A stretch of 63,960 nucleotides of DNA, the filler included, from Octopus bimaculoides (Eukaryota): the NCBI RefSeq assembly GCF_001194135.2. It is 9 parts of 8 records of this genome, joined end to end, with 100 filler letters (N's around TTAATTAATTAA, not from the genome) between each part and the next. Parts side by side here need not be neighbours in the genome. Positions count along the whole stretch, not along the records: positions 1 to 5,603 come from NC_068983.1; positions 5,704 to 9,243 come from NC_068995.1; positions 9,344 to 21,834 come from NC_069002.1; 6 more parts are not named here. One strand, written 5' to 3'. Below, one piece after another: positions 1 through 12,835 of the stretch. How positions within the stretch are numbered: position 1 is the stretch's first letter; each line of letters opens with the position of its first letter. The translations under genes and the position numbers were made by a program. The notes under the pieces are model-generated. The model saw nothing but the letters and a program-made list of their open reading frames with translations. It was not told the origin of the DNA and searched no databases.

Positions 1-170
1 GACAATTATAATTCTTTCACGTTTCATATTGTTTGGAATATGTTCCTTATGAATGCAATAAGCTAGGGCAGTGGTACTCAACCATTTTTTTAATCTATGA
101 ATCCCTTTAGTTCGTATTTTACTCGGGTGTACCCTCATAGCCATTCAATGCTTTAAAAAATCCTATTATA

Positions 171-398
171 TTGGGTTGTCCGGAAAGTTCGTGTCGATTT
201 TTAAAGGAAATAAAAATGTCAATAAATATTTGTCATTACATTTTTAATCAACCAAATATGAAGCATTTTGTTGCACAATGCGTCTCCATCTTTTCTTTAA
301 CTTGAAAATACCCTCTTCCTAGAATTAAGGTGGTTGCATGGCAAATAAGTCGAAAGGTAAGCAACTAAAAATCGGCACGAACTTTCCGGACAACCCAA
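171..398 (-). mobile_element. Internally deleted mariner element (MITE-like)
   Basis: 33-bp TIRs (ttgggttgtccggaaagttcgtg[t/c]cgattttta, 1 mismatch) flanked by TA at 169-170 and 399-400. The minus strand inside reads EGIFKLKKRWRRIVQQNASYLVD*, resembling a mariner transposase C-terminus. Confidence 0.9.
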
Positions 399-635
399 TA
401 TTTTATTATTAAATATTATAAAGAATTGTACAAAATAAATTGTTAAAATATTTTGTGCATTGTAGAAGTATGGCTCATAAATTTTAACAGCAAAATCTTA
501 TATGGACCCCAAGGGCAATACGGATCCCAGCTGAGAACCACGGAGTTAGAGGGTTGTGTTACTAAATGCTGTTTTAAATGCAGGTTATTATTATGCTTTG
601 TTAATAAAATAAAAACACGTTTGTCGTTTATTAAG

Positions 636-795
636 GTATATTCCATTTCCGGTTTTGGCGATTCGGAAAATGGATCGAAGTTCTTGTGGATGATCGACTT
701 CCTGTAAACCGAGGGACAGGAAAACTTGTCTATTGCCGCAACATAGAAGAACCAGATGAATTTTGGAGTCCTTTAGTAGAGAAGGCATATGCAAA
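636..795 (+). CDS. Calpain catalytic (CysPc) domain internal exon
   Basis: AG at 634-635, GTAAG donor at 796, phase 1 to phase 2. Translates (G)[53 protein letters not shown], containing the calpain motifs [13 protein letters not shown] and FWxxLxEKAYAK. Confidence 0.95.
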
Positions 796-1247
796 GTAAG
801 AAACATACTTTTTATTATACATGATGCGATTTTTAGGCTTAAAGAAATTATGAGACTTTCTTTTTGGAAGGATAGCGCCGCTCATGATCCTTTTCAAGTT
901 CTCTCAGATAGGGATGGTGGTGGCGATAATGAATGGGGTTAGTTATCCTCAGATCAAAGATTTTAACGAAATGCTTGCAACATAGTGGACTCTGTTAAAG
1001 TTATTAAAGGACGAGGTGAAGGTGGTGTTGTATTTGGTTATAGTTTAGTCTACCATCCAAGAACAGAAGCGATCTCTCTGATAGACTTACAGTTTCCATC
1101 GATCAAATTTCTCTTACAAGCCTTCGGTGGACACTAGGTTGTGGTGGAAGAGACACTTACCCAAGGTGTCATTTAGTGAGATTGAACATGAAACCTTATT
1201 GTTACGAAGTAAAACCACGCCTGCTAATCAAATTTAAGGCAATATTA

Positions 1248-1451
1248 GTTTCAAATTTTGGTATAAGGCCAGCAGTTTCGGGTAAGGGGTTACGTCGACC
1301 CCAGTGTTCAACTGGCGCTTATTTTATTGACTCCAAAAGGATGAAAGGCTAAGCCGGTCTCGGTGGAATTTGAACTCAGAACGTAACAACGGATGAAATG
1401 CTGCTAAGCATTGTGCCTGGTGCGGTAACATATTTGCCAGCTCGCTGCCTT
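1248..1451 (-). mobile_element. tRNA-derived SINE family A (taaggcggcgagctggcagaa... type) with target-site duplication
   Basis: Matches many other copies in the window (gagttcaaattcc B-box-like motif; tttcatcctttcggggtcgataaaataagtaccag core). Perfect 17-bp direct repeat aatttaaggcaatatta at 1231-1247 and 1452-1468. Confidence 0.85.
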
Positions 1452-1482
1452 AATTTAAGGCAATATTAAAAAAAAAAAGAAG

Positions 1483-1655
1483 AAGGCGATGAGCTCTCAG
1501 AATAGTGAGCACGTCGGGCAGAATGCTTAGAAGATTTCGTCTACCTTTGCGTTCTGAGTTCAAATTCCGCTGTGGTCGACTTTGTCTTTCATCCTTTCGG
1601 GTGTTGATAAAATGAGTACCAGTTGAACACGGGGTCGATGTCGTAGACATAACGT
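1483..1655 (+). mobile_element. SINE family A copy
   Basis: Same head and core sequence as other family A copies. Confidence 0.8.
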
Positions 1656-2013
1656 CTTTCACGATGTGGTAGACATAACGCCTTTCACGAAACTGCTAGC
1701 CTTATGCCAAAGATCAGTATTAAGAAAGAAGAATACTGCAAACTAAGAAATAATTATATATGAGTCATAGAATGTTACGTTTTTCTGAAACATCTTTATA
1801 ATATTTCGACTTTTATATGACATGGATATTTTTGGTATTCCCGAAAGGAAATGGATTTCATCACGTTTAAAATTCTCCCAAGACACGTCATATACACGAC
1901 GGTATCTCTACAACTTCATCAGTAGTTGAGAAATCAAGAAAGGAAGATGTTTTTATCTCCAGATACTTTCTTCTGATGACTGACTAATCTAGTCTCTCAA
2001 TCTTTAAATCTCT

Positions 2014-2225
2014 TTAAGGCAGCGAGCTGGCTGAATCGTTACCGTGCCGGGCAAAATGCTTAGCGGCATTTTGTCTGTCTTAACGTTCTGAGTTCAAATT
2101 CCACAGGAGTCGAGTTTGCCTTTGATCCTTTCAGGGTCGATAAAATAAGTACCAGCTGAACTCTGAGGTCAATGTAATCGACTTAGCCCCTCTCCCGAAA
2201 TTGCTGGTTTTATGCCAAATTTGAA
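2014..2225 (+). mobile_element. SINE family A copy
   Basis: taaggcagcgagctggctgaatcg...gagttcaaattcc...gtcgataaaataagtaccag...tatgccaaatttgaaa. Confidence 0.8.
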
Positions 2226-2800
2226 ATCTTCAAATCTTTCTTTAAAATTGCGCTTTATATTGTGCTGTATATTTGACAGAGAACAATACTGTTATGTTTA
2301 ATAAAACAGTTTTAAACCAAAATTTTAGATTATTTCTCTTGGTTTGACATTCAGGATTTGAATTGTTGCAGCCAAATACAATAGATGAAATCACATCCTG
2401 TGCTGTAGCTGCGCTTTCCACATTAGAACTGATACAAGTCTAGGCTCATTTCTGGAGATTCTGGGCTGCCTAGACGTCGGGACACCTTTCTCGACATTGC
2501 TAGTGTGGTCTAAATGAGAGCTGAAAACTATTTTTAGCACCAGGAAGAGCATCGTGTCGAACATCGGACAACCTAGGTGGGGGCTTCAATCTAATTTCTG
2601 ATAAAGTTTGTCTTACAAGGCAGTGAGTCTATATATCCATAGCTGCGGTTCTGTAATTTTGGATAGGCGCCCACAGCAAGCACTGTCAACCGGAGCCCCT
2701 ACTGAGTCCGGGACCCATGTTACGGAGGATCATCGTATATTGAATTAGTGATTGAGGTCACTACACGATAGCCGCTACACACCACCCACACACAAAGATA

Positions 2801-2831
<31 letters not shown>

Positions 2832-3380
2832 TGTGTGTGTGTGTGTGTGTGTGTGCGTGTGTTACATTCTGGTCAGTTATATGCCATGTACAGTAATACA
2901 TTGTTTGAGATGATATCAAGAACAGACCCACTCAATTTACCTATATTGAGTATGCTTTTGTACCTCGTACACTATAGTGTTAATAAACTTAATTACAGGT
3001 AATTTTATTTTATTTTATTATTTAAGTAAATTTAGTAATTGTATTATTGAGTATGTGACCCCCACCCCGGTTCGGTAAAAAAAAAGTCAGCTATCTAGAA
3101 TGAACTTAGAACCAAAGGTTCTGGAAGATAAATGCTGTACATGTATATATGTGTGTATATATATATATATATGCAGATATACATATTTATACATATTTAT
3201 ATATAACCTTCCAAACTATGCAGAGGTAATTAAAAATACATCTCGTACACAAATAGTAACGTATTCTTTATTTTCTATGGCTTTTCCACAGAATTTAATC
3301 ATAACAATTATAGCCAAAATCTCCAGTCAGAAACTGTAAACCTTTTTTCTTTCATATTTGATTGCATCAAATTACTCTAG

Positions 3381-3558
3381 ATTGAATGGATGCTACCTGA
3401 ACCTTACTGGCGGTTTAGTGCACAACGCTTTAGCAGATATGACAGGAGGTTTGTCTGAGAAAATAATTTTGAAGAACGAAAAAAGAACTCCAAAAGAGTT
3501 TTTTGAAATAATTAATAAAATGTGGAAAATGGACACGATGATTGGAGTGCTGATCTTC
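3381..3558 (+). CDS. Calpain catalytic domain, next exon
   Basis: AG at 3379-3380, GTAAGT donor at 3559. Its phase-2 start completes the K codon of the previous exon. Translates LNGCYLNLTGGLVHNALADMTGGLSEKIILKNEKRTPKEFFEIINKMWKMDTMIGVLIF, matching calpain KLxGxYxxLxGG...DxTGG. Ends in phase 0. Confidence 0.93.
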
Positions 3559-3679
3559 GTAAGTAAAATCTATATTACACTACCGTGCAAAAGTCTTAGA
3601 CCACTTTAAACTGTTGAAAATTTGTATCAATTGCCAACTTATGAGTGAATGTTCGCATTGCGTTTTTTACAGATGGAGA

Positions 3680-3852
3680 GGGAGAGTCGATTATATCGTC
3701 CCAGTGCTTGACTGGTACTCTTTTCATTGACTCCGAAAGGATGAAAGGCAAAGTCGACTTTGGCGGTATTTGAACTCAGAACGTAAATACGGACGAAATA
3801 CCGCTAGGCATTTAGCCCGGCGTGCTAACGGGTCTGCCAGCTCTCCGCCTTA
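3680..3852 (-). mobile_element. SINE family A copy
   Basis: Reverse complement of the family A head and core, ending ctctccgcctta. Confidence 0.8.
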
Positions 3853-4307
3853 AATAACAAATAAACAAACAACAACAACAACAGCAATAACCGTAGTTGT
3901 AAGAATAACAATAATAATAATAGGGATAGTAACAACAACAACAAAAACAACAACGAAAACATGCAAACAAACACATGCAATACTGGCAACAGCAATAGCA
4001 CAGACACAGCAGCAGTAGCAGCTGTACCACCACCACCACCACCACCACCACCACCACCCACAACAACTAAAAAGACAATCAAAGATTGTAACCAGAGAAA
4101 TGATAGGATAGAAGAAAATAATACTAGCATAAATGACATTAAACTCCCTCACACTCTATTTTTCAATCCGTGTGATGAGTCATAGGATACGAGCCGCATT
4201 TATCCGGAAACCCTACCTTTCAACAAAGGAGTTTGTATCCCACAAGTAGTTTCTGCTCCACTAGATCAGTAAGAGGGAGACATCCCTCACTGTAACTTTA
4301 ATGGCCC

Positions 4308-4351
<44 letters not shown>

Positions 4352-4436
4352 GATGGGACGGGTGGACCAGAGCCATACAGACCGCCCAAAACTACGACTG
4401 GGTTAGAAAAATGGTAGGTGCGAGTACCAGAGCATC

Positions 4437-4653
4437 CAGCAAATAGCCAACTCCATCCACCAGAGTATTAAAGTAACAGTAGATTATCCTAACAAGCACC
4501 CTAACCATAGGCTAACGGTTTTAGACAGAACTCTGGCAGGAAACTAAGAATAATAAGGTCCAGATCCTTCGTTCTCACTATGTCAAATTCATGGTCCCTA
4601 AATATCCGGTCCACATGAGCGCAGCGATTGCGGACAACACCGTGTTCAATATC
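4437..4653 (+). mobile_element. Penelope-like element reverse transcriptase fragment (degenerate)
   Basis: QQIANSIHQSIKVTVDYPNKHPNHRLTVLD, then after a frameshift WQETKNNKVQILRSHYVKFMVPKYPVHMSAAI. Resembles the PLE RT C-terminal region (NSIHxxIxxTVDxP...LPxLD...HYxKxM...H) as recalled from memory. Confidence 0.65.
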
Positions 4654-4729
4654 CCGCCGACGCCGAGACCAGTAGCAGCAGCAGCAGCACGACTGGAACA
4701 ATAACACCTCCATCGCACTACACAATATG

Positions 4730-5116
4730 ATGTTGTTGGCACTCCGTCGCTTACGACGTCGAGGGTTCCAGTTGATCCGATCAACAGAACAGCCTGCTCG
4801 TGAAATTAACGTGCAAGTGGCTGAGCACTCCACAGACACGTGTACCCTTAATGTAGTTCTCGAGGATATTCAGCGTGACACAGAGTGTGACAAGGTTGGC
4901 CCTTTGAATTACAGGCACAACAGAGACAGGAAGTAAGAGTGAGAGAAAGATGTGGTGAAAGAGTACAGCAGGGTTCGCCACCATCCCCTGTCAGAGCCTC
5001 GTGGAGCTTTAGGTGTTTTCACTCAATAAATACTCACAATGCCCGGTCTGGGAATCGAAACCGCGATCCTTTGACCGCGAGTCCGCTGCCTTAACCACTA
5101 GGCCATTGCGCTTCTA
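4730..5116 (-). mobile_element. tRNA-derived SINE family D (~380 bp)
   Basis: Minus-strand head with A-box and B-box-like motifs (...aatggcctagtggttaaggcagcggactcgcggtcaaaggatcgcggtttcgattcccagacc). Related segments recur at 36100-36260 and 45650-45853. Confidence 0.8.
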
Positions 5117-5319
5117 CTACACAACATGATGACCCATGAGGAAAAAAAAAGTTACAAACAGTATTATGCATAAACTCATGCACACAAAAGACGCACACAC
5201 ACATACCTAGAACGGAATGAGAAAAAACAACAAAGAAATAAATAAGTAAAAAAATGAAAGAAAAATTAAATAGAAGACACGGGTACAAACAGCACAATAA
5301 GCAAACTCGTACACACACA

Positions 5320-5364
<45 letters not shown>

Positions 5365-5647
5365 CACATACAAAACATATTGACACGCGCACACACTCAC
5401 ACAGACACAGACGCAATCGCATGCACAGATAAGCATACACACCGTAGAAAGACAGAATGGACTAAACAGAACAGGAGGAGACACATGGGAGGGAGATTCG
5501 CTGAAGAGGTCACAGGACGTGTGTCGAAAGGTTTTAGACAAAGGACACTAAAATAATAACAATAATAAATCTGAAGTGAAGAAAGAATATATAGTGCGTG
5601 TATNNNNNNNNNNNNNNNNNNNNNNNNNNNNNNNNNNNNNNNNNNNN

Positions 5648-5659
5648 TTAATTAATTAA
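5648..5659. other. Assembly gap linker TTAATTAATTAA (also 9288, 21879, 31568, 42094, 52297, 56214, 61090)
   Basis: Identical 12-mer in the middle of ~100-nt N runs, eight times. It is palindromic and gives stop codons in all six frames, so it is artificial. Confidence 0.95.
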
Positions 5660-5703
5660 NNNNNNNNNNNNNNNNNNNNNNNNNNNNNNNNNNNNNNNNN
5701 NNN

Positions 5704-5737
<34 letters not shown>

Positions 5738-7567
5738 ATATATGCTTGCACGTATGACCACCATGCTTGCAGACAGAGGCGGATATTTCTCTAAGAGAAT
5801 GCGTGTATGAGATTTCATATATATGATGCCGGCCCATATCAAGATTTATATCTATATATACGTATTCATAAGCGTATATAAGCTTAAAGAAGCATATATG
5901 CATATGAATGCGTACGTGCGTGTATATTATATATTTTATATATTGATAACTATATTCGTACAACTGACTGTGTAAATCTATAAACATCTTTATATAGATA
6001 AGGACACACACACACACACACACAAGCATACACCCACACAGATACACCCAGGCACACACATATATATATGTGTATGGATAGGCATATATTTTGTATGCGT
6101 ATATTTTGCATGTATATATTTACATTAATATATATACACACACGTGCCAATGTATGTATATACATCAATGGCACACACACACGCAGCAATATATATATAT
6201 ACATATATATATATATACATATCACGTACAGACACACACCTATACACACGCGCGAGCGTAAACACAGACATGCACGCACACACAAAGACAATTACGCACG
6301 CACACAGACATAAACACACGCACACGCACGAATGATAAACTAAGAAAAAACTCTACATATGCTTACACTGATTGTGATGTTAAGTTGAAGTTCTGCTTGA
6401 ATCTAATTCCTGTCGTCAGGTATCCAAAGAAAAGGAGGCCATTTTTAACTCTAATTAGATCTTTTATTCCAACGTACAAATTACTTTTTGATGTTTTGGA
6501 AATGCAAAACTCTTTACACACGCCGCACTACACCTACTCACGACGACGACGACGACGACGACCACCACCACCACCACCACCACCACCACCACCACGACTT
6601 CCACCATAACCGTAATCATCATCATCGTCGTCATCGTCGTCGTTGTCATCGACTTCATCATCATCATCAACAGAAAAGCCAGTACACAAGAAGACACACA
6701 CAAGCACGTGTGTGTAGACACGCACGTTTATATACATGTCTATATATTTATGTGTGTATATATATATATATATATGTATATAANNNNNNNNNNNNNNNNN
6801 NNNNNNNNNNNNNNNNNNNNNNNNNNNNNNNNNNNNNNNNNNNNNNNNNNNNNNNNNNNNNNNNNNNNNNNNNNNNNNNNNNNNNNNNNNNNNNNNNNNN
6901 NNNNNNNNNNNNNNNNNNNNNNNNNNNNNNNNNNNNNNNNNNNNNNNNNNNNNNNNNNNNNNNNNNNNNNNNNNNNNNNNNNNNNNNNNNNNNNNNNNNN
7001 NNNNNNNNNNNNNNNNNNNNNNNNNNNNNNNNNNNNNNNNNNNNNNNNNNNNNNNNNNNNNNNNNNNNNNNNNNNNNNNNNNNNNNNNNNNNNNNNNNNN
7101 NNNNNNNNNNNNNNNNNNNNNNNNNNATATACGTATGTATATTTATTATTATCAGTATATATATATATATATATATATATACATACATATATATATGCAA
7201 ATGTATACATATATATATACATACATATATAAATTTACATATATATATACATACATACATACATACATACATACATACATACATACATACATAATACATA
7301 CATACATACATATACAGGCATATATAATTATGTATGTAGTTATTCAAATATCTTCACACACTGAAAACGATATGAATGCTCACTTTTACGATATTATAAT
7401 TACATGCGTATTCCAGGTTTCTATTCTTAAAACCTCCATATTCTGTCTTTAAAACCCTATTAATCACTTAAGATTTTACGTATGTGTCCGGCTTTTCTCC
7501 TTTCAAATTCGCCACCATTTTACGTCTTACCGCCATCTTTATACCTACGTATATGTATGTAATTATG

Positions 7568-7603
<36 letters not shown>

Positions 7604-8127
7604 CATCTCTATATGTATATATTCTCTTGTAGTCTTTCATCTTCTTGCGTCTTTCTTCACGTCTTCCTTTCTTCTATTTGTCGATCTTGTTTCTCTTTGT
7701 ACATATTTCGGCTGTGTTCCTCTTTCGTTATTGTTGTCGTGTCTCGGCGTATCTCTATGTGCTGTGTCCATAATAACTGCATAGACTGTAGAACTCAGAT
7801 GCATTCATATATGTATATATGTATGTAAGAATAACCATGCGCACTCAGAGACACAAATACTCATGCATGTATGCGTTTGTGTTTATGTGTGTCTGTGTGT
7901 GCGTGTGTGCGTGTGTTTGTACGTGTGTGTGTATGTATAAACATGCGTACGAAAAATATCTCCTTATTATATATGTATGTATTTATAAACCTCTATCTGC
8001 AGACACACACACACACATACACAGATATACCCATATGGGTATATGCATATATACATGTATCAATATGTATATACATATATAAATATATATATATAAATAT
8101 ATACTTACCCACACACATAAAGTTATG

Positions 8128-8161
<34 letters not shown>

Positions 8162-9439
8162 NNNNNNNNNNNNNNNNNNNNNNNNNNNNNNNNNNNNNNN
8201 NNNNNNNNNNNNNNNNNNNNNNNNNNNNNNNNNNNNNNNNNNNNNNNNNNNNNNNNNNNNNNNNNNNNNNNNNNNNNNNNNNNNNNNNNNNNNNNNNNNN
8301 NNNNNNNNNNNNNNNNNNNNNNNNNNNNNNNNNNNNNNNNNNNNNNNNNNNNNNNNNNNNNNNNNNNNNNNNNNNNNNNNNNNNNNNNNNNNNNNNNNNN
8401 NNNNATATACGTATATATATTTATATATATATATACACACACACAGAGTCACACATACACTCACACACATATTTATATAAAGATACATAGATATATAGAT
8501 ACATAAATAAATAGATTGATAAATAGATATATAGATAGATATACATATTTATATGCATATATATTCTTATATACTTATATTCACAGGCAGAGTAACACAT
8601 AAATCATTATGGCAGCATCTACCCATATATACACTCACGTACACAAGCACACGCACACTCACACATACACACATGGACTTACATACTCACACAAATACCT
8701 GTCCATACATAAATTTATCAATATATATATATTTCTCCATGTATCTATGCTTTTGAATATAGATGTGTGCATATATACGAAAATACGGCATATTTATATC
8801 AGTCGAATCTGTATGTGTCTTTGTGTGTCGTCTGTGTATGCATTTCATTGCATGTATACCGTATATTTCTTTAAAATGCCTACAAACAAGAACATGTGAA
8901 GATGAAAGACCGCATTCTAATTAGTTGATATTGCCTATGATTTGATCTGAAGTATTAATTACTGTAAACCAAGGACAGACAAAGTCATAACTGTGTTCTG
9001 AAGGCGCAATAAGTTTTAATTGCTTATCACGTTCTTCTGAAAAGAGGAAATAATTTCTTATAAGTGTTTATACCTTTACAGCCAAAGACAAGCTTACACG
9101 CGCACATACACACGCACACGCATACGTAAACACAAACACGCACACACACACACACACACATATATATATGCTCACATACTTTGGTGTCAATACATATTTA
9201 CCTATGATAATGTATGTACACTCACATGTATATATATATATATNNNNNNNNNNNNNNNNNNNNNNNNNNNNNNNNNNNNNNNNNNNNTTAATTAATTAAN
9301 NNNNNNNNNNNNNNNNNNNNNNNNNNNNNNNNNNNNNNNNNNNTTATATGCAAATATTTGATAAATTCTTGGCCAAGTTCATCGACTCTATGATTATCCA
9401 TTTCTTCTTTGGCAATGTCTTTTAATGATATTCTTTTCT

Positions 9440-11872
9440 ACTCTAGGCACAAAACCCGAAATTTTTGTGGAGGGGGGGGGGCAGTCGATTAGATCGACCC
9501 CTGGACGCAACTGGTACTTAATTTATCGACCTCTGTAAGGATGAAAGGCAAAGTCGACCTCGGCGGAATTTGAACGTCTTTTAATCGCATTAAATAATAT
9601 TTTGATCTCATTTCTGAAGTTGTCGAAGTCGGATGTCCAAGTAATTTGAACTCACAACGTAATGTCGGACGAAATGCCGTTAAGCATGTTGCTCGGTGTA
9701 TTAACAATTCTGTCAGCTTGCCGCCTCAAAGTATAATGAAATATGCCATTTTTAAAATGGCATAAGGGCCAGAAGGAATATCACGAGACGTTTTCCCTGA
9801 CTCTCAAGTAATTTTGCTAATCCTCCGCCCTAATTAGGCAAACGTCAGATATTATGAATGGAAGATATTAATCGATTAAATCGATCTTGTACTTGAATGA
9901 TTCTCTATTTTATCGACCGATCGACCCTAGATAGATGAAAACAAAGTTGACCTCGGCAGGATTTGAACTCGTAATGTAAAGAACTCCAAGTAAACGCCGC
10001 AAAACATTTATACCGACACTCAAATGATTACGCCATCTTGCCGCCTTAACACTCAAGAAATCATTATTGCGACTATAGGCACAAGGCTTGAACTATCTTT
10101 TAGTAGAGAGAAGGCTAGTCGAATACATCGACCCCAGTGCTCAACAGGTTTAAGGTGAAGAGCTGACAGAATCGTTAGGACGTTGGAATAAAAGCCTTGC
10201 AATACTTCCTCCGGTTCCTAAGTTCACATCGTGTCGAAGTCAGCTTTGTCTTTCGTTCCTCCAAAGTTCATAAAATAAAGTAACAATCAAGTACCAGTGT
10301 CGATGTAATAGACTATCTTCTCCCCTCAAAGTTATTGACCATGTTCTTAACATTGATTTCAAATTTTGGCACAATGCCAGCAAATTCGGGGGAAAGGGTA
10401 AATCGATTACATCGCCCCCAGTGTTCAATTGGTACTTAATTTTATCGATTACCGATAAGAAAAAAAAAGCGTAAAGTCGACTTCGGCGGAATTTGAACTC
10501 AGAAAGTACGGACGGGTGACATGCCGCTAAGCGCTTTGCCCGTTGTGCTAACGATTCTGCCAGTTCGTCGCCTTCCTAAACTTAAAGACACGATCGGTAG
10601 AGCCTCAGAAAAATATTTTACGATATTTCTTCCGGCTCTTTAAATTCTGAGTTCGAATCCTATGGAGGTCAACTTTGTCTTTTATCTATCCAGGATCCAC
10701 AAAATAGAGAGCCAGTCAGGTAATAAGTCGATTTAATGTCCCCTTTCAAAATTGCTCATCTTGTGCCTAATTTAGAGACGATTTGCACAATGGCTTCAGT
10801 GTCGGGAAAAATGCCTTGTGGTGTTTCTTCCGGCTCTTTAAATCATAAGTTCAAATCACGCCAAGGTTAGTTATGCTTTTTATCCTATCGGGGTCCATAA
10901 GATGAAGTAACACTCAAATACTGAGATCGAGGTAACAAGTTATAGTCCCTATCTCAAGAAATTATTGTCCTGGTGCGTAAAAATTAGTCACCATTATTTC
11001 AAGAAAATTATTCCACCGAGGTTGACTTTGCCTTTCCAGTACCAGTTGAGCACTGAGGTCGATGTATTCGACTAGCCCCCTCTCTACTAAAAGATAGTTC
11101 AAGCCTTGTGCCTGTAGTAGCAACAATGAGTTCTTGAGCGTTAAGGCTGCAAGATGGCGTAATCATTTGAGTGTCGGTATAAATGTTTTGCGGCGTTTGC
11201 TTGGGGGTTCTTTACATTACGAGTTCAAATCCTGCCGAGGTCAACTTTGTTTTCATCTATACAGGGTCAATCCAGGTTCGATCAGCTACAATGACCACCG
11301 GATGTACTTGCACTGTTTCAAGCTGGGCTTTCTTGCACTTATGTTTAGTGGCTTACTATATAGATACACTTAATTCTATCTATCTATCTATTATTGTCAT
11401 TAATTCCTCATTAGACTAAATTAAAATATAAGAACCAAGACTACATTGCTGTCATATTTCTGTAGAAATGGTTTCAAATTTTGCCACAAGGCCAGCTTCT
11501 TCGGGAGAGGGAGTAAGTCAATGGCATCGACCTGAGTACTCAACTGGGACTTGTTTTATCGACCCTGAAAGGATGAAAGGTAAAGTCGACCTCGGCGGAA
11601 TTCGAACTCAGAACATAAAGACAGACGAAATGCTGCTATAAGCATTTTGTCCGGCATGCTATCGATTCTGCCACATCACAGCCTTCTGCAGAAACAATAT
11701 TGATGTCAGAATTTGGCACAAGACCAGCAATTTCAGGGGAGAGGATTGGTCGGGTACTTCTTTTATCGACCCCCAAAGGGGGAAAGGTACCGTCTACTTC
11801 GGCGGTATTTGAACTCATAGTACCGCTGAACATTCTTCCCGGCGTGCTAACGTTTCTGCCACCTCTCCGCCT
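9440..11872. mobile_element. Dense cluster of ~10 family A SINE copies in both orientations
   Basis: Minus copies at ~9440-9727, 9860-10048, 10360-10574, 11470-11680 and 11705-11872. Plus copies at ~10150-10330, 10590-10780, 10790-10980 and 11141-11300, plus tail fragments. Confidence 0.8.
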
Positions 11873-12299
11873 TCTGTAAAAACACTATTAATAACATAAT
11901 TTACTGAATTTATTCTCAAGTATCTCGAAAGTGAAAAGTTTTTTCGATTGTTTTAGAAATGTTGAAGCCATAGTAGTTTGTTATTAAATATATTCGTCCT
12001 TTAGTAATTATCTGCGGTTTTTCCTAGTGTTACCGTAAAAAAACAAAAAAAGAGTAAATCTACATATTTTATTTGGCAGCTTGAAAGTGAAGAAAAATCA
12101 AATCTATCTAATTGACTCATTAGTATGTTGTCAGTGAACGAACTAAGAACAAAAGAAATTCATTTTTCTTATCGCTTAGTTGGGAGGGAAGATCCGCACC
12201 TAGGATCCCTTACAGAGCTTACAAGTTTGGTGTGGGGGAATGAGGAGGAAGGAAGCTATCCTCAAACCAAAGCTTTAACTTCAGCTGTAGGTCATCCTG

Positions 12300-12835
12300 C
12301 GTTGCTCAGTGCATTGACGGTAAGCTTCCTCTACAAGGTTCGGTGGAGGAAGCTTGCCGCCACATCCGTTCCACGTAATGTTCTTGGTGATCATCTTGAA
12401 ATGCCCTTCATCAAGTGATCTTCGGCTTGCCTTTTTTTGTGTCTGCTATAAGGTGGTACCAAAATAAGGTGTTTTCGAGCACTGTTGTAGCTAACCAGGT
12501 GGAATCGGCACTCTGCTAAATCTCCTGTAGTGGACATGACTTGTCTCTTCTCAGAATCTCCTCATTATGACCTCGTCCCGCTAATTGAGCCTCAGGATTT
12601 GTCTGTGTCATCTTTGATGGAATATATTTAGTTTTCTATCCATCCCTAGGGTGTTCTTCAAAGCCAAGTTGGCATTGATCGAAGTTGGAAGAACATTGGA
12701 GCTATACAGAGGAAATTTCACAGCGGTACTGATGTGAATGCATACGCTGTCACCATTCTAATCCTGTAGTCGATATCCAGTTTCACATCACCCGAGCTGC
12801 TTACAAATCGACCCAGGATATTTAAACCAGTGTAG
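12300..12835 (-). mobile_element. Degenerate non-LTR retrotransposon RT C-terminal fragment (RTE-like)
   Basis: Minus strand gives LGRFVSSSGDVKLDIDYRI and, further on, KKGKPKIT-type segments with stops and frameshifts. Resembles RTE YLGSxxxxxG...EIxxRI and GRPKxxW. Confidence 0.5.

Noticed and set aside
4936-5116. tRNA gene
   Set aside because: Only the A and B boxes resemble tRNA. The sequence continues into a repeated SINE body that recurs elsewhere.
5648-5659. Recurrent TTAATTAATTAA as a biological motif
   Set aside because: Always centred in fixed-length N runs, so it is a scaffolding artefact.
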